The notes: a model not told the origin generated them from the sequence alone. Positions 9,882 through 20,888 are shown, counted from the first letter of the stretch. The stretch: 64,000 bases of DNA from Candidatus Iainarchaeum sp. (GCA_028702895.1 JAQVNZ010000002.1:9296-73295), one strand, 5' to 3'. Made by a program: numbers and translations.

Positions 9882-10502
9882 TTATTTTTTCTTCTCTTTT
9901 TTTTCAGATTTTTTTTGAACTGGTTTTTCTTGTACTTCTTTTTTCTCATTTTTTTTATCTTGTTTAGCTGCTATTGCTATCCAATCATTTTTTCCTAAAC
10001 CAATTTGTCTCATAGTTAAACCTATTTTTGAATTTGATGTATCGTCTTTCATTGAAATTGTAACAATTTTTGCTAGAACATCATCTTCTTGAACAATTTT
10101 TTTATCAGTTTTTTTACCTACAAATCCAGGTAATTTTGCATCATAATTAATAAAATCATCCATTATTTGACTAACGTGAATTAATCCTTCAATTGGGCCA
10201 ATTCTTACAAATGCTCCAAATTCAGTAGCTTCTGTTATTGTTCCTCTAACTATTTCATGCATTGTTGGTTTGTAAGTTAACATTTCTATTTCTGTTTCAT
10301 AATACGCTGAACCGTCACCAGGTATTACGTGTCCGTCTCCAATCTTGTCTATTCCTGTAACTGCAATAATTACTCCAATATTATTTTCAATTCTTCCTTC
10401 GTAATCTTCTTTACAAACTTCTAAGATTGATTCTTTTATTTTTACTCCAAGTTTTTTTGGAGGAACTCTCACTTTTTCTTTAACCTTAGTTTTATAGAAC
10501 AT
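9882..10502 (-). CDS. rpoE1: RNA polymerase subunit E' (Rpo7)
   Basis: VRVPP, GDGSAY, FGAFVRIGPIEGLIHVSQ, IGLTMRQ. Confidence 0.96.
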   Translation of the reverse strand: MFYKTKVKEKVRVPPKKLGVKIKESILEVCKEDYEGRIENNIGVIIAVTGIDKIGDGHVIPGDGSAYYETEIEMLTYKPTMHEIVRGTITEATEFGAFVRIGPIEGLIHVSQIMDDFINYDAKLPGFVGKKTDKKIVQEDDVLAKIVTISMKDDTSNSKIGLTMRQIGLGKNDWIAIAAKQDKKNEKKEVQEKPVQKKSEKKEKKK

Positions 10503-10578
10503 TTGACTCACCACAATTTAATATATTTAATTTAAAGCTTTATAAAAATAATTTCTTAGATTAAATTTATAAACCCAA

Positions 10579-10965
10579 TTAATAGCAAATTTCCTCCATT
10601 TCTACTTTTGTTAAATTTTTTATGTATATTGTTTTTCCGCCTTTTGTATTAATTTTTTTTCTTAACTCTTTATCGTTTGTAGCAATTATATATTCATTGC
10701 TTTTTTCTAGTAATTCTTGGTCTACATTATTTGTTTTTGATTCTAATAAAATTATTTTTTCGTTTTCAATAACCTTTTTTATTATTGCGAATTCTCGTTT
10801 TATTTTTTTATCTTTTGATAATCCTTTCAACTCGTTAATTACTCCTTCTGTAGTATAAATTGTTGCGTTAATCGTTTCTTTTATTTCTTCTATTGCGTGT
10901 ATTTTATATCTTATCATTGTAAGAAAGAAATTGGTGTCAATCATTATTTTATATGACTTCACCAT
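10579..10965 (-). CDS. PIN-domain nuclease (Fcf1/Utp24-like)
   Basis: DTNF, VINEL, IATNDKELR; conserved position between aIF2g and rpoE'. Confidence 0.9.
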   Translation of the reverse strand: MVKSYKIMIDTNFFLTMIRYKIHAIEEIKETINATIYTTEGVINELKGLSKDKKIKREFAIIKKVIENEKIILLESKTNNVDQELLEKSNEYIIATNDKELRKKINTKGGKTIYIKNLTKVEMEEICY

Positions 10966-12298
10966 ATGCGATTAACCTCCATTGATTATTAATATTTTTA
11001 CTTATAGCTATTTTTTCATTGATTTCAAGTATTTCTTCATTTTTTAAATTTATTTCAAGTTCATCTTTTTTTATGGATTTAATAAAACCAACACTGGTAT
11101 TAGTTCCGATTGTTAGTACTAATGGATCATTAATTTTTAATTCTGCATTTTTTGGATCAAAATTAATCATTCTTTCAAATAAAGTCATTTTAATTTTCAT
11201 TTGATTTGTTGGTTTTGGTAGTGAATCAATTTTTGCTAATATTTTTCCGCGTAATTGATCATTTTGTGCTATGCTTGGATCAAGATCTGTTCCGATTGCA
11301 ATCAATCCTCCGGCATGTGCCTCATTGAGTAATCCTTTATTAGTTGATATGGATAATACTTTTATTTTTGTTTTTCCATCTATTCCTGGGCATAATTCTA
11401 ATTCATCGCCTATTTTTACTATTCCTTGGGATATGCTTCCGCCTAGTATTGCACCTTTTATTTTTTTAATTTCTGTTCCTGGTTTGTTAATATCAAAACT
11501 TCTTGCAACAAACATTTTTAGTGGTTTTTTTAAATCTAAGTTTGGTGATGGTATTGTTTCTTCAATTGCTTCTATTAGTAAATCAATATTTGCGCCAAAA
11601 CTAGCGGATGTTGGTATTATTTTTGCATTTTCAAAACCATAGTCTTTTAAAAATTTTTTTATTTTTTTATAATTTTCAATTACTTTTTCTTTGGTTACTA
11701 AATCAATTTTATTTTGTGCTACAACAATATTTTGTACACCTGCAAATTTTAAGGCCATTAAATGTTCAATTGTTCTTGGTTGAGGGCATTCTTCGTTTGC
11801 GGCTACTACTAATATTGCTCCGTTCATTAACGCTGCTCCGCTTAGCATTGTAGTCATTAGTGTTTCGTGTCCTGGTGCGTCAACAATACTAATTGTTCTT
11901 TGGCTTATTATTTCGCCTTCTTCTTTATTAGAATATTTTATTCCATTTGGAGTTTTTATTTTATAAAATGTTGTGTCCGCGTAACCTAGTCTTATTGATA
12001 TTCCTCTTTTTAGTTCTTCGCTGTGCATATCAGTCCATGATCCGGTTAGTGCTTTAGTTAATGATGTTTTTCCATGATCTACGTGGCCAATCATTCCAAT
12101 ATTTATTTGTGGTTGTGTTGATTCTTTTTTTAAATTATCTTTTTTAATAGTGTCTGTTTTTTTAATAATGTCTTTTTTTGTTGTGTTTGTTTTAATATTT
12201 TCTTTTTTTATTGTCGTTGATTTATTAGTAGTATCTTTTTTTATAATTTCTTTTTTTGGTTTAATAGTTTTTTTCACAACTTTTATTTCTTTTTTCAT
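10949..12298 (-). CDS. eif2g: Translation initiation factor 2 gamma subunit
   Basis: [32 protein letters not shown]; Lys-rich N-extension. Confidence 0.97.
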   Translation of the reverse strand: MKKEIKVVKKTIKPKKEIIKKDTTNKSTTIKKENIKTNTTKKDIIKKTDTIKKDNLKKESTQPQINIGMIGHVDHGKTSLTKALTGSWTDMHSEELKRGISIRLGYADTTFYKIKTPNGIKYSNKEEGEIISQRTISIVDAPGHETLMTTMLSGAALMNGAILVVAANEECPQPRTIEHLMALKFAGVQNIVVAQNKIDLVTKEKVIENYKKIKKFLKDYGFENAKIIPTSASFGANIDLLIEAIEETIPSPNLDLKKPLKMFVARSFDINKPGTEIKKIKGAILGGSISQGIVKIGDELELCPGIDGKTKIKVLSISTNKGLLNEAHAGGLIAIGTDLDPSIAQNDQLRGKILAKIDSLPKPTNQMKIKMTLFERMINFDPKNAELKINDPLVLTIGTNTSVGFIKSIKKDELEINLKNEEILEINEKIAISKNINNQWRLIAYGEVI

Positions 12299-12319
12299 TT
12301 TATCATCTCAACTTGTTAT

Positions 12320-12354
12320 AAAAATAAAAAGGAGTTAATTAGTTAAACTCCTTT
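12320..12354 (-). terminator. Hairpin + U-tract downstream of rps6e
   Basis: AAAGGAGTT-9nt-AACTCCTTT then TTATTTTT on minus strand. Confidence 0.55.
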
Positions 12355-12378
12355 GTTTGTTTTAATTTTTTTATTATT

Positions 12379-12861
12379 TTAATGTCTTCCTTTTTTTGTT
12401 GGTGCGTCTCCGATTGCTCCACTTTGAGCTAGTTCTTTGCTCTTTAGTAATGCTTTTTCTTTTGCACTCATTTCTTCTTCTGCACTAACAGGTATTTCTT
12501 TTCCAAATATTTCTGCAAGTTTTTTTGTTCCATCTTTAGTTATTTTTAGATTTACTTGTGCGGTTACTTCGCTTATTGTGTTTCCTCTTACAGATACTCT
12601 TTTTCTTTGTCCTTTTATTTTTGACTTAGATTTAAAGCCCAGCCCTTTGGCAGTAAGTATTTTTTTTCTTCCCGGTCCTTGTACTGAATTATTCATTGGA
12701 AACCCATCTTTATCGCTTCCGCCGGTAATTACTGCTTCAAAGCCAGTTAAACCTATATTTTCCAACTTGATTGTTTCACCAATTTTTTTCCCGATGAATT
12801 GATCTTCGTCAGAACTTGTACTATATGCCTTTCCAGACTTTGTGCTTATTACGAACTTCAT
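12379..12861 (-). CDS. rps6e: 30S ribosomal protein S6e
   Basis: ITGGSDKDGFPM, GQRKRVSVRGN. Confidence 0.96.
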   Translation of the reverse strand: MKFVISTKSGKAYSTSSDEDQFIGKKIGETIKLENIGLTGFEAVITGGSDKDGFPMNNSVQGPGRKKILTAKGLGFKSKSKIKGQRKRVSVRGNTISEVTAQVNLKITKDGTKKLAEIFGKEIPVSAEEEMSAKEKALLKSKELAQSGAIGDAPTKKGRH

Positions 12862-12997
12862 TTTTAATCCCCCTAAATTTAATTATTTTAATTTTAAATA
12901 TCCTATTTTTTGTGTCTTTATTTAATTTTTATCACTTAATTATTTTTTGTTTTAACTTTCGTTGTTTATTATTTTTCTGTTTGCTTGCATTTTTAAA

Positions 12998-14734
12998 TTA
13001 ATTTTCATTCTTTAATTTTATTTCTTCTAATAATTTTATTTCATCTTTACTAAATTCAGATAAATATTTGTTTAATTCACAATATTGTTTTGTGGGTATG
13101 CAAGAATATAATATGTCGCCTTCAAACAAATTTTTACCAATGCTTCCATTATCAATTGCTATTGCTGCTTCTTCTCCTTTTTTAAGTTCTTTTATTTTTT
13201 CTCCTTCGCTTTGAATACCTGTAACTTTTCCAATTATTTCACCGTTTTTATTTATTACTTTCCAACCTTCTTTTAAAATTCCTTCTTCTATTTTTACTCC
13301 AACTATTGCTGGTTTATTATTTCTAAAAACTTTTCCTTTTAAAACATTTATTTTTACTGGTAATACTAAACAAGAAAAATCTTGTTCTTTTTGTATTTTT
13401 TTACTTTTGTTAACCCATTCTATATATTCTTCAATTATTTTGTAAATCACTTTTTGATTAAATATTGGTATGTCTCGAAGTTGTGCTTCTTTTTGGGCTT
13501 CATTATCAATAATAACATTAAATCCAATTACTACTCCTAAAAATGGTTCTTCGCAAGCAATTGATGCTGCTTCCATAATATCTTTTCTATTAATATTTCC
13601 AATTTCTGCTTTTTTTATCATAATTTTTTCTTTTTTAAATAATTCAATTAATGCTTCAAGCGAACCAATAGCATCAGCTTTGATTATTATTCCCGTGTTG
13701 TCTGTAGTAATAAAACTTTTTTTTATTTCATTTTCTAATTCTTTTAAATCACTTTCTTCTTTGATTACTATTAGTGTTGATCCCACTAATACTTCGTTAA
13801 GGTTTGGTGCAGAAATTTTTACTCCTGATGCAGCAAACGCTTCTTTTACTACTAAAAATTTTTCTTTTGTATCAATAATTTCTTGCATGGGTTTTGTTTG
13901 TAATAATGATCTTATTTTCGTTCTTATTATTCCGTTTTTTCCTAAAACTGCTATTTCATCATTTACTTGTAATTTTCCTTCATATAATATTACATCAATT
14001 GTTTTCCCAAGGCCTTTTTCTTCTTTAGCTTCAAGTACTGTTGCTTTTCCTTTTTCATTAATATCTATTTCTAAATCTTTTTCTAAATATTTTTGGCTTA
14101 ATCCTGCGAGTAATGTTAGTATTTCTGGTAATCCTTCTTTAGTTTTTGCTGAGCATGGTACAATAGGTATTTGTTTTCCAAATTCGCATCTATCAAATCT
14201 TTCGCTTTGAAATCCTTGTTCAAAAATTTTTCCCACTAAAACATATAATTTTTCATCTAATAATCGTTTAGTATTTTCGTTTTGGTTTGAATGGTTTTTT
14301 AAAAAACTACCTTCTTTTGAATCATAAAATGGTAGCATATCAATTTTATTCATTGCTATTATGAATGGTACTTTGTTAAGTTTTAGAATATTTATTGCTT
14401 CTATTGTTTGTGGTTGTAATCCTTGCATTGCATCCACTACTAGTATTGCTAGATCCGCTATACTTCCTCCTCGTTTTCGTAGGTTTGTGAATGCTTCGTG
14501 TCCTGGAGTGTCTATTAATAATAATCCAGGTATTTTTAAATTAAATCCAAATTTTTTTATTAATTCTCCTGCAATTTTGTTTATAGATTCAATTGGTATT
14601 TCTGTTGCGCCAATATGCTGTGTTATAGCTCCCGCTTCTCTCCCTGCAACTCTAGTGGACCTTATTGCGTCAAGGATACTAGTTTTACCGTGATCAACGT
14701 GGCCTAACACAGTTATTATTGGCTGTCTAATCAT
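12998..14734 (-). CDS. infB: Translation initiation factor aIF5B (IF-2)
   Basis: [35 protein letters not shown]; no intein. Confidence 0.97.
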   Translation of the reverse strand: MIRQPIITVLGHVDHGKTSILDAIRSTRVAGREAGAITQHIGATEIPIESINKIAGELIKKFGFNLKIPGLLLIDTPGHEAFTNLRKRGGSIADLAILVVDAMQGLQPQTIEAINILKLNKVPFIIAMNKIDMLPFYDSKEGSFLKNHSNQNENTKRLLDEKLYVLVGKIFEQGFQSERFDRCEFGKQIPIVPCSAKTKEGLPEILTLLAGLSQKYLEKDLEIDINEKGKATVLEAKEEKGLGKTIDVILYEGKLQVNDEIAVLGKNGIIRTKIRSLLQTKPMQEIIDTKEKFLVVKEAFAASGVKISAPNLNEVLVGSTLIVIKEESDLKELENEIKKSFITTDNTGIIIKADAIGSLEALIELFKKEKIMIKKAEIGNINRKDIMEAASIACEEPFLGVVIGFNVIIDNEAQKEAQLRDIPIFNQKVIYKIIEEYIEWVNKSKKIQKEQDFSCLVLPVKINVLKGKVFRNNKPAIVGVKIEEGILKEGWKVINKNGEIIGKVTGIQSEGEKIKELKKGEEAAIAIDNGSIGKNLFEGDILYSCIPTKQYCELNKYLSEFSKDEIKLLEEIKLKNEN

Positions 14735-15276
14735 TCTATTTTCCTCTTTTCTTCTTTTGCTTTAGCGTATTGTTCTTGATCGCTTTTCCACTCAACATCG
14801 CTTGGGTGGTATTGTTCTTTTTCTGATCCACAATAAATCCAATTAAAATTTAGTTGATCATATTCGATTATTTCTTCTTCTTTGAAAAATCTTTGTATTT
14901 CTTTTTCTGCAATTTCATTTGTTTCTGATGCGTGAACAATATTTGTTTGTACACTCATTGCAAAATCTCCTCTTATTGTTCCAACATCTGCTTCTCTTGA
15001 GTTTGTTGATCCAACAAGGGTTCTTACTACTTGTACTGCGTCTTTTCCTTCTAATACTAATAGTATACAAGGAATGCTTGTCATATAATTCATTAATTCT
15101 TGATAGAATGGTTTACTTGATAAGTGGGAATAATGATCTTTTAATTGGTAAACTTTTAATCTTTCTAATTTTAAACCAATTATTTTTAGTCCCTTTCTTT
15201 CAAATCTTTGGATTACTTCTCCAATAAGACATCTATTCACTCCATCTGGTTTTATTATAACCAATGTTCTTCTCAT
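14731..15276 (-). CDS. ndk: Nucleoside diphosphate kinase
   Basis: IIKPDGV, GTIRGDF, NIVHAS. Confidence 0.97.
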   Translation of the reverse strand: MRRTLVIIKPDGVNRCLIGEVIQRFERKGLKIIGLKLERLKVYQLKDHYSHLSSKPFYQELMNYMTSIPCILLVLEGKDAVQVVRTLVGSTNSREADVGTIRGDFAMSVQTNIVHASETNEIAEKEIQRFFKEEEIIEYDQLNFNWIYCGSEKEQYHPSDVEWKSDQEQYAKAKEEKRKIE

Positions 15277-15318
15277 CTAATCAACCCTTATTATTTTATT
15301 TTTTTGTGAAATTTAATT

Positions 15319-15579
15319 CTATTTTTTAGATTTTTTTGTTGTTGTTTTGTTTTCGCTTGTTGTCTTGTTTTCTTTTATTGTTTTTGCTGATGCTAACAAT
15401 GTTTGTTTCATTTTATTGTAAGCGTTAGTCCATTTTGTTTTAATTGGTTTTCTTTTCATCATAATCGAATTTTTTTCACATTTATTTGTGCAAAAATAGC
15501 TTACGCTACCATCTTTTTTTGCATAAAGTTTTCCCTTTCCTTCTGGAATATCTTTTCCACAAAAGTTACATTTAACCAT
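15319..15579 (-). CDS. rpl24e: 50S ribosomal protein L24e
   Basis: CNFCG..GKG..FCTNKC..KWT. Confidence 0.96.
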   Translation of the reverse strand: MVKCNFCGKDIPEGKGKLYAKKDGSVSYFCTNKCEKNSIMMKRKPIKTKWTNAYNKMKQTLLASAKTIKENKTTSENKTTTKKSKK

Positions 15580-15600
15580 ATAGTCACCTCTTGTTAATTA

Positions 15601-15810
15601 TTATGCTTTAATCTCTTTTGCTTCTCTTTCAGTGTCTAATAGTAAAATAACATCGCCTTTTCGAATTATCCCTAAAGTGTTTCTTCTTTTTACTCGACCT
15701 TTTTCAGGGCCTTCTAGAATTCTACACAATATTTGGGTTATTTCACCATGAACGCCAGTTGATTTAACTATTTCAACTACTTCTGCGGGAGTTCCCATTT
15801 CGTTTGCCAT
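15601..15810 (-). CDS. rps28e: 30S ribosomal protein S28e
   Basis: AEVVE..TGVHGE..RN..GD..EREA. Confidence 0.96.
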   Translation of the reverse strand: MANEMGTPAEVVEIVKSTGVHGEITQILCRILEGPEKGRVKRRNTLGIIRKGDVILLLDTEREAKEIKA

Positions 15811-15820
15811 TTCATTTCAC

Positions 15821-16180
15821 CTACTTTTTTAATTCTTCAATTTTTGCGCTTAAATCTTTTATTTCTTTTTCTGCTGAGCTTTCAATTATTGCTATTGCGC
15901 TTGTAGCCATTCTTAATCCAGCTTTTTCTCCAAGTTCTTTTTTTGTTTCCATATAAGAACATGTAATATTTTTTTCTTTACAAAGAATTGGTATATGCAT
16001 TATTATTTCTGCAGGAGTTACATCTTCTGCAATAACAATTAGTTTTGCTGTTCCTCTTTCAATTGCTTTTGTAACTTCGTTTAAACCTGCTTTTATTTTT
16101 CCTTTAGCAGATTTTTCAACTATTCTTTTTGTTTCTTCTTTTAATTCATTAGTTAATTGTACTTTAATATATTCCGCCAT
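15821..16180 (-). CDS. rpl7ae: 50S ribosomal protein L7Ae
   Basis: GLNEVTKAIERG, IAEDVTP; GGAGGTG SD before ATG 16180. Confidence 0.96.
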   Translation of the reverse strand: MAEYIKVQLTNELKEETKRIVEKSAKGKIKAGLNEVTKAIERGTAKLIVIAEDVTPAEIIMHIPILCKEKNITCSYMETKKELGEKAGLRMATSAIAIIESSAEKEIKDLSAKIEELKK

Positions 16181-16198
16181 TTTACACACCTCCACAAT

Positions 16199-16284
16199 TG
16201 CATAATTACTAATCATCTGCGTATTATCACAATACATTTTGGCATTGTTTTATGATATTACTTTCATTTGATTATTAACTAGCA
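16199..16284 (-). promoter_or_regulatory. Putative K-turn-containing 5' leader hairpin of rpl7ae
   Basis: mRNA UAAUCA-AAU-GA opposite GA-UGAUUA, with extended flanking stems. Confidence 0.55.
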
Positions 16285-16372
16285 TCCGTTTCATTGGCAG
16301 AAACTAGATTCTTACTTATTTTCCATCTAGAAAGCTTTAAAAACTTAGTTAGAAAAAGTATTATGTATAAAA

Positions 16373-18070
16373 CTATTCGTGTGCGAATATACAATAAGTT
16401 TCTTCACCATTTTTTTCTATTCTTGCATATCCTATACCATTAAATAAAATAATAGTATTCTCTTTTTCTTTTTTTATTAATGGGTTAGTAAAACCAATTA
16501 TTTCTTTTCCATCACTCATTAATATTTTAACATCAGTTTTTTCTTTTAACCAATTAATTGTTTTATACCCTGTTTTTTCATAACTAATAAAACTTGCTTT
16601 AATATTATACTCATTTTTTTCTTCTATTTTTACATTAAATCCTTCTTTAAATCTAATAATCTCGCCTACTTTAATATTCTTAAACTCTTTTTTATCAACT
16701 ATAAATTTTTGTATTGGACTATCTATTCTAATTTCTTGTCCATTAACATTAATTTTTCCTGATATACAATTATTTAATTCTATTTCTATTCCATCTTCTA
16801 TAAAAGGAAAATTTTTCGGTTCTCCAACAAATTTTTTATTAATTGCTCCAAAATTAACTAGATCAATTTTTGCATCATTAGTATTTAACCCAATATTAAG
16901 TATTACTTGTCTGATTGTTTCTGGTTTAAATCCACGTCTTCTAAAAGATTTTATTGTTGCTAATCTTGGATCATCATTTCTTTCTAATCCTTCTTTTTCC
17001 ATTAAAATTTTAATTTTACTCTTACTTAAAACCATGTCTCCTACTTTTGTTATTTTTCCATGATATAATGTTTTTGGGTGTTCCCAATTAAAATAATCGC
17101 ATAATTGTCTTTGTTTTTTCTCATTTTGAATATGTTCTTGTCCGCGTATAATAAAATTTATTTTCATTTCATGGTCATCTATTGGAGATGCTAAATTATA
17201 TGATGGCCAAACATGATATTTATGCGTTTTTTTATTAGGGTGTTTTGTAGGATCATCAACTATTTTTGCCATCCACCAATCTCTCATGCTAGGGTCTTTA
17301 TCGTTTAAATCTGTTTTTAATCGTACTACACAACTACCTTCTTTTAATTCATGTTTTAACATTTTTTTCCAATTTTTTATTTGTTCTCTAGCATTTTTGT
17401 TTCTACACTCACAGGGTTCACTATTCCAAATTTTTTCTCGCCATTCTTCTGATTTACAAAAACAAACATATGCTTTTTCTTCTGCGATTAATATTTCAAT
17501 TATTTTTAAATATTTTTCAATATTATCAGATTGTCTTTTTATTTCATGTGTTTTTATGCCTAACCATTCAAAATCATTTTGAAATTCTTGTTCAATTCCT
17601 TCTTCTGGTATTTTTATTTTTGGATCAGTATCATCAAATCTAAGAATATATTTTCCACCATATTTTTTTACATATTCGTCTAATAATATATATGGTCTAG
17701 CGTGTCCAAAATGCATTGGGCCAGTTGGACAAGGTGCTGCTCGCGTAATTATTTTTTCGCCTTTTTTTAACCAATTAAGCTCGGGTAGCGTTTTTTCTTT
17801 TTCAATATGTTTTAATTCCCAACCCGCATCATTAAAAAGATTATATTCATCTTCTAATTTTTTTTTATTTATTTTATTTACTTCTTTAACCACTTCTTTT
17901 ATTACTGGAATTATTTGGCCAATTATTGCTTGTGGAAAAATTGCTTTTACTTTTCCAACTACTGCTCCCATATCTGCTTTTTCATGTTCAAAACAATTTT
18001 TAATTGCATATTTGTAAGCAATCCTTTTTATGTCTGCTAAATTAGTTCCGGGTACAATTAATTTTTCCAT
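16373..18070 (-). CDS. gltX: Glutamate--tRNA ligase (archaeal type)
   Basis: AP.PTGPMHFGHAR, LRFDDTDP, PSYNLAS..DDH, LSKSK, DDPRLAT. Confidence 0.96.
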   Translation of the reverse strand: MEKLIVPGTNLADIKRIAYKYAIKNCFEHEKADMGAVVGKVKAIFPQAIIGQIIPVIKEVVKEVNKINKKKLEDEYNLFNDAGWELKHIEKEKTLPELNWLKKGEKIITRAAPCPTGPMHFGHARPYILLDEYVKKYGGKYILRFDDTDPKIKIPEEGIEQEFQNDFEWLGIKTHEIKRQSDNIEKYLKIIEILIAEEKAYVCFCKSEEWREKIWNSEPCECRNKNAREQIKNWKKMLKHELKEGSCVVRLKTDLNDKDPSMRDWWMAKIVDDPTKHPNKKTHKYHVWPSYNLASPIDDHEMKINFIIRGQEHIQNEKKQRQLCDYFNWEHPKTLYHGKITKVGDMVLSKSKIKILMEKEGLERNDDPRLATIKSFRRRGFKPETIRQVILNIGLNTNDAKIDLVNFGAINKKFVGEPKNFPFIEDGIEIELNNCISGKINVNGQEIRIDSPIQKFIVDKKEFKNIKVGEIIRFKEGFNVKIEEKNEYNIKASFISYEKTGYKTINWLKEKTDVKILMSDGKEIIGFTNPLIKKEKENTIILFNGIGYARIEKNGEETYCIFAHE

Positions 18071-18288
18071 TATTAATTATTAGTTAAATAAGGTTTAATA
18101 TTCTTTTAGTTTTCTTTTTTTTAATTTAAATAAGTTTTATTTTTAATAAAAGATAATTATTTTAAAATATTTTTTTTAGTTATATTAGTTTAGGTTTTAA
18201 GTAAGTGATATTATTTTTATAATTTGTTTTTTGATAAAATAATATTATTTAAAATAGTTTATTATTTTTAAAAAGTTATGATTATTTT

Positions 18289-19029
18289 TTAATATTTTTT
18301 TGCTTTGTCCCAATGTGTGTTAAAATAATATGTTAGTGCGTTTGCCATTGGAGCATTGTCATTTAGAATAGTAAAATGATAATCTGGTTTATCTTTTTTA
18401 AAATCGCTTATTGCTAGAATAACTTTTTTATCATCAATTATAAAAGCATTTAATCCGTGATTTAATTGTTTTACTTCTATAATGTCCTTTAATTTTTCTG
18501 ATGGGTTTGAATTAAGTAATTTTACTTTTACATTATGTTCTGTTGCAGATTTTAATGCGTCTTGTATTATTGTTTGATTATCAGTTATTTCAGTTAAGCC
18601 TTGTATGTTGTGTTTGGCTTTGGCTAATTCTTGGCCAAGTATTCTTTCAAAATCTTGTTTTTCTTTTACTTTCATTATTTTCTCGCCTTTTTCTTCGCCT
18701 TCAAAAGGGAGTACTAATTCTTGTTTAAATTTATCTACTTCGCTTTCAAGTGAATTTAATTGAGTTTTTTTTGTTTTTATTAATATATCTATTGTTTTTT
18801 CTGGTTCTATTGCTCTGTATATTTTTGGTCTTCCTTTTATCTCAATTAATAATCCTTTACTAATTAGTTTTTCTAAAACATCATACACTCTTGTCTTTGG
18901 AACTTGTGCTGCTCGCGAAATAGTTGGTGCTTGTGCTTCTTTAAGTTTAAATAGAGTACTTAGTGTTTTTGCTTCGTATTCTGTTAAACCAAGTTTTTCC
19001 AACAAGTAATGTGTATTAGAATTATTCAC
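18289..19029 (-). CDS. TrmB family transcriptional regulator
   Basis: LGLTEYEAK, VPKTRVYDVLEKL wHTH; C-terminal PLD-like effector domain. Confidence 0.92.
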   Translation of the reverse strand: MNNSNTHYLLEKLGLTEYEAKTLSTLFKLKEAQAPTISRAAQVPKTRVYDVLEKLISKGLLIEIKGRPKIYRAIEPEKTIDILIKTKKTQLNSLESEVDKFKQELVLPFEGEEKGEKIMKVKEKQDFERILGQELAKAKHNIQGLTEITDNQTIIQDALKSATEHNVKVKLLNSNPSEKLKDIIEVKQLNHGLNAFIIDDKKVILAISDFKKDKPDYHFTILNDNAPMANALTYYFNTHWDKAKKY

Positions 19030-19060
19030 TTAAAGACCCCCTCATACCTAATTAAGTTGG

Positions 19061-19095
19061 AACAAGTATTTAAATTTACTTGTTACAGTTAATAA
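19061..19095. promoter_or_regulatory. Inverted repeat around trmB TATA box; putative operator
   Basis: AACAAGTA-tttaaatt-TACTTGTT; overlapping 19-mer recurs at 40970-40988. Confidence 0.5.
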
Positions 19096-19098
19096 GAT

Positions 19099-19824
19099 TT
19101 AAAATCTTTTTCTAAATGTTCTTGGTCTTCGTGATTGATATGATGTTTTCTTTGGAGTGTCCTTGTCTGTTAATTGTTGTTCAAAGTCTTCTATGTTTAA
19201 ATTAAATGCTGTAGGTTCAATTTCTTTTCGCAAAACCAATAGTTCTTTTGTTAATAAATAAAATATTAATGCTATTGCTTTTCTTCCTTTGTTATTAGCA
19301 GGGATTATTAAATCAATATTTTTTAATGGTGATTCGCTTCCAGCTAATGCTATTATTGGTAAATGTGATTCGCTTGCTTCTTTCATTGCTTGTGCGTCGC
19401 TAATTGGATCACAAAGTAATACTATTTTTGGTTCATAAAATGATCTTGCTTGTGGGTTTGTTATTGTCCCTGGAATAAATCTTCCAATAAATGCTTTTGA
19501 ATTAGTTGCGCTTGCAAATTTTTTTGCTGGTGTTTGACCATATAATTTTCTACAAACAACTGCAATGTCTTTAGGATCATATTTTGCTAATTCTTTTGCA
19601 ACCATTTTTATTCGTTGATCAATAGTTTCAATATTAAATACCATTAACCCGTCTTTTCTCTTTTTAAAAATATATTTTCGCATTTCTCCACTTTTAAATT
19701 TTGTTCCAATATGAATACCGCTTTTTAAGTATGTTTCAATGTCGATGAGTAATTCTTTTCCTTTGTAGTCTTCTACATCATCATCGTCTCTTATTTTTTT
19801 AATTTTATCTTTTATTTCAACCAT
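19099..19824 (-). CDS. rps2: 30S ribosomal protein S2
   Basis: YLKSGIHIGT, GRFIPGTITN, IPANNKG. Confidence 0.97.
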   Translation of the reverse strand: MVEIKDKIKKIRDDDDVEDYKGKELLIDIETYLKSGIHIGTKFKSGEMRKYIFKKRKDGLMVFNIETIDQRIKMVAKELAKYDPKDIAVVCRKLYGQTPAKKFASATNSKAFIGRFIPGTITNPQARSFYEPKIVLLCDPISDAQAMKEASESHLPIIALAGSESPLKNIDLIIPANNKGRKAIALIFYLLTKELLVLRKEIEPTAFNLNIEDFEQQLTDKDTPKKTSYQSRRPRTFRKRF

Positions 19825-19835
19825 ATTTTATCCCT

Positions 19836-20030
19836 TTATTTTTGATATTTCATTACTTCTTCTGTTAGATCAACGCTAGTTAATAACATTTTTCTACAAC
19901 AATTTCTAATTATTTTTAAGTCATCAAGTACTTTTCCTGCGTCTTCTCCTTTTTCTACCCTGTCCTTGAATTCTTGGTAGTATCCTGCAACAGGTTTTCC
20001 ACACGAAAAACATCTTATTGGTATTATCAT
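19836..20030 (-). CDS. rpoN: RNA polymerase subunit N (Rpo10)
   Basis: MIIPIRCFSCG, CCRKM. Confidence 0.97.
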   Translation of the reverse strand: MIIPIRCFSCGKPVAGYYQEFKDRVEKGEDAGKVLDDLKIIRNCCRKMLLTSVDLTEEVMKYQK

Positions 20031-20035
20031 ATTGA

Positions 20036-20467
20036 TTACCTCTTACTCTTTTGTTTTTTCTTTCTAGCTTTAGGCCCTAATGGCTTCTTTGTTTCTACTT
20101 TTCGAACATCATCTACTAATAATGCTCTATCATATAACATAAATAAATCTCTATATTTTTTTCCTTTTGCTTTAACAATTGCTTTTGCGATTGATGCTCT
20201 TACTGCAAAGATTTGACTCATTCGCCCAGATCCTTTTACATTAACATTAATATCAAATTCGCTTATAACGTCTTCTGCGATTTGTAGGGGTTCTCTTAAC
20301 ATATCTTTTACGTGTCCTTGTGCGTATGCATCAATACTCAGGTGGTTTATTTTTATTTTCCCAGTTCCTTTTTTGATTGTTGCTCTTGCAATAGCAGTTT
20401 TTTTCTTAGCTTTAACTTGCATTCCTGCTTTTTTAGTTGCAACTTTTATTTTTTTCTTTTCTTCCAT
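20036..20467 (-). CDS. rps9: 30S ribosomal protein S9
   Basis: KKTAIARA, DRALLV.D, GPKAR..QKSKR. Confidence 0.96.
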   Translation of the reverse strand: MEEKKKIKVATKKAGMQVKAKKKTAIARATIKKGTGKIKINHLSIDAYAQGHVKDMLREPLQIAEDVISEFDINVNVKGSGRMSQIFAVRASIAKAIVKAKGKKYRDLFMLYDRALLVDDVRKVETKKPLGPKARKKKQKSKR

Positions 20468-20468
20468 T

Positions 20469-20888
20469 TTACCACGTTCCACCTAATGCTTCGGCAATTT
20501 CTTTTAAACTCATATAATCGTGTTTGTCATTAAATTTTGCTTCTTTTATTATTTCGCTTGTTGTAAGATCCAAATTTTTTGGATTTAAATTATAAACTGT
20601 TAATTGTTTTATTAATCTTTCAGCGGTTTTTTTTCTTTTAGGTAACATTCCTTTAACCATTCTTCTTAACATTTTACTTGGAATTCTATCATATTTTGGT
20701 CCAAAATGTGGGTTTGATTTAACTGCTGCATCAACTCTTTGTTGGAATTTTGGCATAATTGAAGTTTTTGTTCCAACCATTATTGCTTTTTGAGCATTAA
20801 CTATTGTTATTGTTTCGTTTTCAATTATTTTTTTTGCAACTTTACTTGCAAGTCTTCCTGCTATTAATCCTTCTGCGTTTATAATCAT
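20469..20888 (-). CDS. rpl13: 50S ribosomal protein L13
   Basis: GRLASKVAK, RRMVKGMLP. Confidence 0.96.
   Translation of the reverse strand: MIINAEGLIAGRLASKVAKKIIENETITIVNAQKAIMVGTKTSIMPKFQQRVDAAVKSNPHFGPKYDRIPSKMLRRMVKGMLPKRKKTAERLIKQLTVYNLNPKNLDLTTSEIIKEAKFNDKHDYMSLKEIAEALGGTW

Noticed and set aside
13470-14210. Long plus-strand ORFs antisense to core genes (also 33974-34702, 37093-37593, 51897-52418 and others)
   Set aside because: Shadow frames of A-rich coding strands, F/S/L/I-rich, no motifs or RBS.
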